This document shows positions 40,901 through 44,399 of a stretch of 44,399 nucleotides of DNA, piece after piece. Below the pieces are notes generated by a model that worked only from the letters and a program-made list of their open reading frames with translations, made no database searches and was not told the origin of the DNA. Both the position numbers and the translations under genes were made by a program. The stretch spans positions 1-44,399 of the forward strand of contig JAADVB010000158.1 in assembly GCA_023334545.1 (NCBI GenBank), read 5' to 3'. The stretch comes from Salisapilia sapeloensis CBS 127946. Taxonomy: Eukaryota; Protista; Oomycota. How positions within the stretch are numbered: position 1 is the first letter of the stretch; the number at the start of each line of letters is the position of its first letter.

Positions 40901-41208
40901 TGCGGCACACCTCGAGGTAAGATCATCGGTTTCGGTGTACGCCATAGCGGATACGTCTCAGGTGTTGTTACGAGAGTCATGGCTTCATTCGGGTTATACT
41001 TTCCCATGAGAAAAGAGGATCCAGAAACCGAGACGCTTTCGCCGTACCGCGTCTCGGCACGCACCTTGAGATGCACCCTCGTATACGTGCCGGAATTCAC
41101 GTCTCCACGAAGAGTCCGCTGCGTCTCGTTCATGTCGCTCTGTTTGTTTCGCTTCTCGGGTATAAAAGGCGGGGATAAAGCACCTTTCGACCGTTTACTA
41201 TCCTGCAT
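37969..41208 (-). CDS. CBM20 - trehalose-6-phosphate synthase (GT20) - trehalose-6-phosphate phosphatase (HAD) fusion (1079 aa)
   Basis: CBM20-like N-terminus (VRAETRYGESVSVSGS..LVTTPETYPLW); GT20 motifs YCKSKLWPMFH, IWVHDYHL, FFLHVPFPTSEIFR, DVVGFH and REGLNL..E; TPP motifs FLLDYGGTL, VVSG, EIVPDGLNKG, CIGDDSTDESMF and CTVGKKPS. Confidence 0.94.
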   Translation of the reverse strand: MQDSKRSKGALSPPFIPEKRNKQSDMNETQRTLRGDVNSGTYTRVHLKVRAETRYGESVSVSGSSFLMGKYNPNEAMTLVTTPETYPLWRTPKPMILPRGVPHQYMYALFAGGTLSAWEPIDTERVLVPDGREMTVLEDFGEYDDEMTLVPFDNSGTSPTSVFERRHVEDVSMAPEESKTDEQSETSNESEQALGTSGSRLTSPKMVRSGSQFLRQKRESKLQSRYKRYLPSNFVPDPEATLFLVCYHLPVKLSKSSDDGVWTAEWNRDSLISRSEGSIAETMTVKWVGCVTYQARRDDEDLSDSDKEQITSLLAGMDCIPVFIDRMLAADHYQGYCKSKLWPMFHNVDILDIYSAVWDTAEKIEGKEERQNGAWWSAYQRVNHILANQLVNMMGKKDTIWVHDYHLLLFPSNVVELCKQQERTPPRMVFFLHVPFPTSEIFRELSHGPQLIEGVLAADVVGFHSFDHARHFLNACKRFLGLTYQSRSGGNLGVDYRGKNVVITISHVGLETEAIRKALKKPEVLEAARQLREKHKGKILIAGVDVCQRLSGVPLKLLAFEQFFNMCPAWKDKLCLVQRCYQAKSRPGDQEWSKHEVQQLVDRITSQHGEGCIDYEVPQSPLSLDERLVLWLACDILLVTSTREGLNLRPLEFVLAKGEAEKSRPGVVIVSEFSACCCVLNGGIRINPWNITGVVNALDQALTMSDEERLGRRARDLPYLTNQPAANWTKQVLTVLQESEKDEDEFTDMGYMDHEIGGSHVLRIGDASDFKQLKIGRVLDAYSPSRRRVFLLDYGGTLVPRENMSMYVKKDFTAVTGKKPSPRMVEALRKLSSDPMNTVFVVSGVSRKSLMNSIGHLPEVGLAAETGALYSWGKSKARQMADMVGGNVETLDDGRMWHRQSIQFDWAPLRELVDPILKAYCGRTNGSVVRYLEQCICWNYRSTDPEWGMLQVNSLQADLEPLLAEYPVNIVRKKGQLEIVPDGLNKGVVARRILTQNSMLYGSHPEFIFCIGDDSTDESMFKAIYDYYAERSEESVHGRAGVLQHVFTCTVGKKPSHAHLYVNNAEDVEELMEALGEQA

Positions 41209-41484
41209 CCCTCCCTCGCAAGCCGCAAGAAGACGTCTACCTCAAAAACCAACTTGGTCGGTGGCGAGAAACGTCGTCTACCGAAGAATACATGTCGTAC
41301 GCGACATATGCCTGATCCCAGCTGCTTTACAACTGTCTATAATAAAAAGAGAAAGGAGGGAGATATGATATGTAACTCGTTTTCCTAGCCATCTGATACT
41401 GGACGATTGGTGGACACGCATACGAGGCAGTGCTACCTACAGCTACCATTCTCGATTGCTGGACACGAGACGGAAGCTATCAAG

Positions 41485-43440
41485 ATGAGCAAGTCGGAGA
41501 CGGAAACCAAGGAAGAGCGTCGTGCTCGCAAGGCGCTGAAGAAGGAGAAGAAAGAGAAGAAGCGTGACCGTGATGAACCGACGGAAGCCACGTCGCCTAT
41601 TACGTCCATTGAGAGCGAAGCTGAGCCTTCTGCCAAGAAGCTCAAGGCGGAAGATGGCTCTGCTAAGACCACCAAGGTCAGCGGAAACCCGTCCATTGAC
41701 AAATTCAGCATTTGCGATGAAACCAAGGCCAGTCTGCGCAAGCGCGGCATCGAAGAGCTGTTCCCCATCCAAGCTCTGACCTTTGACAAGATCATGGAAG
41801 GAAAGGACATTATGGGAAGAGCTCGTACTGGTATGGGAAAGACGCTCGCGTTTGCTCTACCGGTCATTGAAATGCTGCTCAAGAACAAGAGCAGCCAAAC
41901 CCGAGGCCGAGCTCCTCGTGTCGTGTGCATGGCCCCAACGCGTGAGTTGGCCAAGCAGGTCGCGGCTGAATTCGAAAGCACTGCTCCGTCCCTCGCAACC
42001 GTATGCATCTACGGTGGTGCCTCGTACCGTACGCAGAACGACGCGTTCCGTGCAGGTGTCGATGTCCTCGTTGGTACCACTGGACGTGTGATTGACCACA
42101 TTGACCGTGGCAACTTGCGTCTGCACAACTGTGAATTTCTCATCCTAGATGAAGCTGATACGATGCTCGAGATGGGTTTCCGTGAAGACGTCCAAAAGGT
42201 CTTCGCGGCCATGCAGGAAGTGCAGCAGGCTGATGGCAAGAAGCAGCAGCAGACGCTTCTCTTCTCTGCCACTATCCCTTCGTGGATCACGCAAGTCGCC
42301 AACACGTACATGCAAAAGGACTATGAGTACGTCAACCTCGTGGGTGACATGGATGACCAAGCTTCCACGGACGTGCAGCATCTCGCCATCCCGTGCCACT
42401 GGCAAGGCAAAGCGAGCATGCTTGCCAACCTGCTCAACCTCTACGGCACGCGTCAGTCCCGTTCGATTATCTTTGCCGAGACGAAGAAGGACTGTAACGA
42501 ACTCTCCGTCCACCCGGAGATCAAACAGGAGTGCCAGGTGTTGCACGGTGACATTGCACAGGACCAGCGTGAGACGACCATGAAGGCTTTCCGTGATGGA
42601 AAGCTGCGTCTGCTCATCGCCACGGATGTTGCTGCCAGAGGTCTCGACATGAACGTCGACCTTGTTGTCAACTCGGAACCTCCTCGTAAGTTCGGTGGTA
42701 ACGCCGATGTCGACACGTACGTCCACCGATCTGGTCGAACAGGTCGTGCTGGTCGAAAGGGTGTCTGCATCACGCTCTATACACCTCGTCAGTTGGATCT
42801 GTTGAAGCAGATTGAGCACAAGATTGGTAACAAATTCGTCATGCGCGGTCCTCCAAGTCAAGAGGAGATGCTCAAGGCATCTGCTGCTAAGGCCTGGAAG
42901 GAAATTGAGAACGTCGATGAGAACATGATCAAGATCTTTGAAGACAAAGCGGAAGAGATCATCGAGTCCATGGGTGCCAAGAAGTGTGTGGCATCTGCCC
43001 TCGCCGTTATCACTGGTCACACAAAGCCTCCTCGTCGCACGTCGCTCATGTCTGGTGCACCAGACTACGTCACGGTTCAATTCCTTAGCTACAATCCGAT
43101 CCGTGCTAAGGGATACGTGTGGAATGCTGTTAACCGCGAGTTCCCGGAAGACCTTGCGAATGACATCCAGCAGATGACCATTGCTGAAGACCAGATGAGT
43201 GCCTGCTTTGATCTGCCGGAGAAGGGTCTGGAGAAGCTGAACCAGCTCATGGAAGAGCAGGGAGAGGAATGCATCTTTACTATTCCAAAGGAACTGCCGA
43301 AACTCCAGGCACAAAAGTTCGTTGGCGGCGGACGTGGTGGAGGACGAGGTGGACGTGGTGGACGTGGCGGATCCCGAGGCGGACGCTTCGGTCAGTCCGG
43401 CCGTGGAGGAGGACGTGGCGGTCGCGGCCGTCGATTCTAA
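41485..43440 (+). CDS. DDX21: DEAD-box RNA helicase, DDX21/DDX50 (nucleolar RNA helicase II) type, with GUCT domain and RGG tail (651 aa)
   Basis: Q motif LFPIQ; ARTGMGKTLAF; PTRELAKQV; LDEAD; SAT; ATDVAARGLD; HRSGRTGRAG; GUCT-like region (RRTSLMSGAPDYVT..CFDLP); RGG tail. First ATG is at 41485. Confidence 0.92.
   Translation: MSKSETETKEERRARKALKKEKKEKKRDRDEPTEATSPITSIESEAEPSAKKLKAEDGSAKTTKVSGNPSIDKFSICDETKASLRKRGIEELFPIQALTFDKIMEGKDIMGRARTGMGKTLAFALPVIEMLLKNKSSQTRGRAPRVVCMAPTRELAKQVAAEFESTAPSLATVCIYGGASYRTQNDAFRAGVDVLVGTTGRVIDHIDRGNLRLHNCEFLILDEADTMLEMGFREDVQKVFAAMQEVQQADGKKQQQTLLFSATIPSWITQVANTYMQKDYEYVNLVGDMDDQASTDVQHLAIPCHWQGKASMLANLLNLYGTRQSRSIIFAETKKDCNELSVHPEIKQECQVLHGDIAQDQRETTMKAFRDGKLRLLIATDVAARGLDMNVDLVVNSEPPRKFGGNADVDTYVHRSGRTGRAGRKGVCITLYTPRQLDLLKQIEHKIGNKFVMRGPPSQEEMLKASAAKAWKEIENVDENMIKIFEDKAEEIIESMGAKKCVASALAVITGHTKPPRRTSLMSGAPDYVTVQFLSYNPIRAKGYVWNAVNREFPEDLANDIQQMTIAEDQMSACFDLPEKGLEKLNQLMEEQGEECIFTIPKELPKLQAQKFVGGGRGGGRGGRGGRGGSRGGRFGQSGRGGGRGGRGRRF
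43324..43434 (+). repeat. RGG/GRG low-complexity coding repeat
   Basis: GGGRGGGRGGRGGRGGSRGGRFGQSGRGGGRGGRGRR, encoded by repeated ggacgtggt/ggc units. Confidence 0.85.
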
Positions 43441-44225
43441 GCTCGTTCTAGGAACTCGCTTTAGGAGTGGAAGATGGATAGAGCCGACCGTGTCTTCGGT
43501 ACTGTTAGTCTAGTTTTAGGGAGACTGTAACTTCTGTGCCTCGCACCTCATTGAATTCGAATACATATCGCTTTTGTACATCATTTATTACGTTAGCTTA
43601 AGAGTACGCCGTGTTGGCTCGTGAGGTGGGTATGATGTGGAGACTTGAGTCTTTGATGTCTACACTTCAGCTAGATCAATCGTAGTATAAGCTGAAGTGT
43701 GCCGACTGAACGTCGACTTGAGCGCCTTGTAGTCATCCTAGTACGCCTCGTGGGGGGTGCTTATTTTATCGTTGCCAATCGATGAGCATCATGAAATAGC
43801 AAGTCGCTATATTACACTGCCAAAGTTTGCATCTCGTATAGATTTAATGTCGAAGTGAATGACTAGAGCTGTGCTATCATCGTTCAGTCTTGTGCAGGTT
43901 CTACTAAGCCACGTGCTGGCAAGCTGAATTAAACCGAAGGTTGGTTCCAAATCTCTTCCTACATGTGGAAATCCTGATCATCATGACTCGTTCTTTGTCA
44001 GAAGATATAGCTGATGAGTATAGACGATGTCAAATCGTAGTGAAGCTCGCAGTAATATGAATACGTTCACACAAAGAAGGGCTCGACTCATCTTATCCTC
44101 TGTTTTCACCACTAGATACTTTTTGCTTGATCTGTGTTTGATCAGTCAACGTGAATGCACCTCTGGAAGAATTTTGCACATCAGTCGGTCGATCGAGAAG
44201 ACAGCAGATTTAAATTGGAGCGAAG

Positions 44226-44399
44226 ATGTCGACGTACGGGACGGAGCAGACACCGCTTGTGTCTCTCGACAGGCCATCTACACCTTCCAGCAATAAGAAA
44301 GGTGCTCGAGGAGTCCTTTTGACCGTGGCAGGACTCGCACTGCTCGGAACGCTCTTGCTCGTTGCGCAGGAACCGACCACCAACATTCAGGACCAAGTG
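44226..44399 (+). CDS. 5' fragment of a probable type II membrane protein, truncated by the window edge
   Basis: Not in the ORF track. ATG 44226 opens MSTYGTEQTPLVSLDRPSTPSSNKKGARGVLLTVAGLALLGTLLLVAQEPTTNIQDQV, stop-free to the end: short cytosolic head, basic KK/R, hydrophobic helix. Confidence 0.7.
   Translation, partial: MSTYGTEQTPLVSLDRPSTPSSNKKGARGVLLTVAGLALLGTLLLVAQEPTTNIQDQV

Noticed and set aside
42070-42090. Helicase motif TPGR reads TTGR
   Set aside because: A single conservative change with all catalytic motifs intact; no basis for a functional claim.
42145-43314. 389-aa antisense ORF inside the DDX21-like helicase
   Set aside because: It is codon-aligned to the sense frame, so it stays open simply because TTA, CTA and TCA codons are avoided in a GC3-rich gene; the translation has no recognisable motif.
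1-44399. tRNA, rRNA, snRNA, CRISPR arrays, RxLR/CRN effectors, intact transposons
   Set aside because: No matching motifs or structures were recognised on either strand by eye.

Overview
Eukaryotic, gene-dense genomic DNA, most likely from an oomycete. This is an inference from a multi-TM gene family I associate with oomycetes, a CBM20-TPS-TPP fusion and cilium-associated genes; the species cannot be determined. I find 18 complete protein-coding genes plus one partial gene at the right edge: ZNF598/Hel2-like E3, PP2C, BT1 folate/biopterin transporter, a 10-exon gene the ORF track does not recover, FAM227-like, UBE2S, a multi-TM/WW/adaptin-ear-like protein, USP32-like DUB, TBC1D31, a multi-TM hypothetical protein, S10 carboxypeptidase, nucleoside hydrolase, PH-USP54-like-PDZ-UBA DUB, TFIIS, trehalase, an atypical eIF4E, CBM20-TPS-TPP and a DDX21/50-like helicase. 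Six genes were spliced by hand through 21 GT-AG introns of 48-66 nt. Main leads: (1) trehalase and a TPS-TPP with degenerate active-site motifs lie 1.2 kb apart, suggesting a trehalose locus with a pseudoenzyme; (2) several unusual domain fusions; (3) none of the 18 genes ends in TGA; (4) CpG-poor, CATG-rich domains alternate with CpG-rich domains. No tRNA, rRNA, CRISPR array or intact mobile element was recognised. All family assignments come from recognising motifs from memory, not from database searches.
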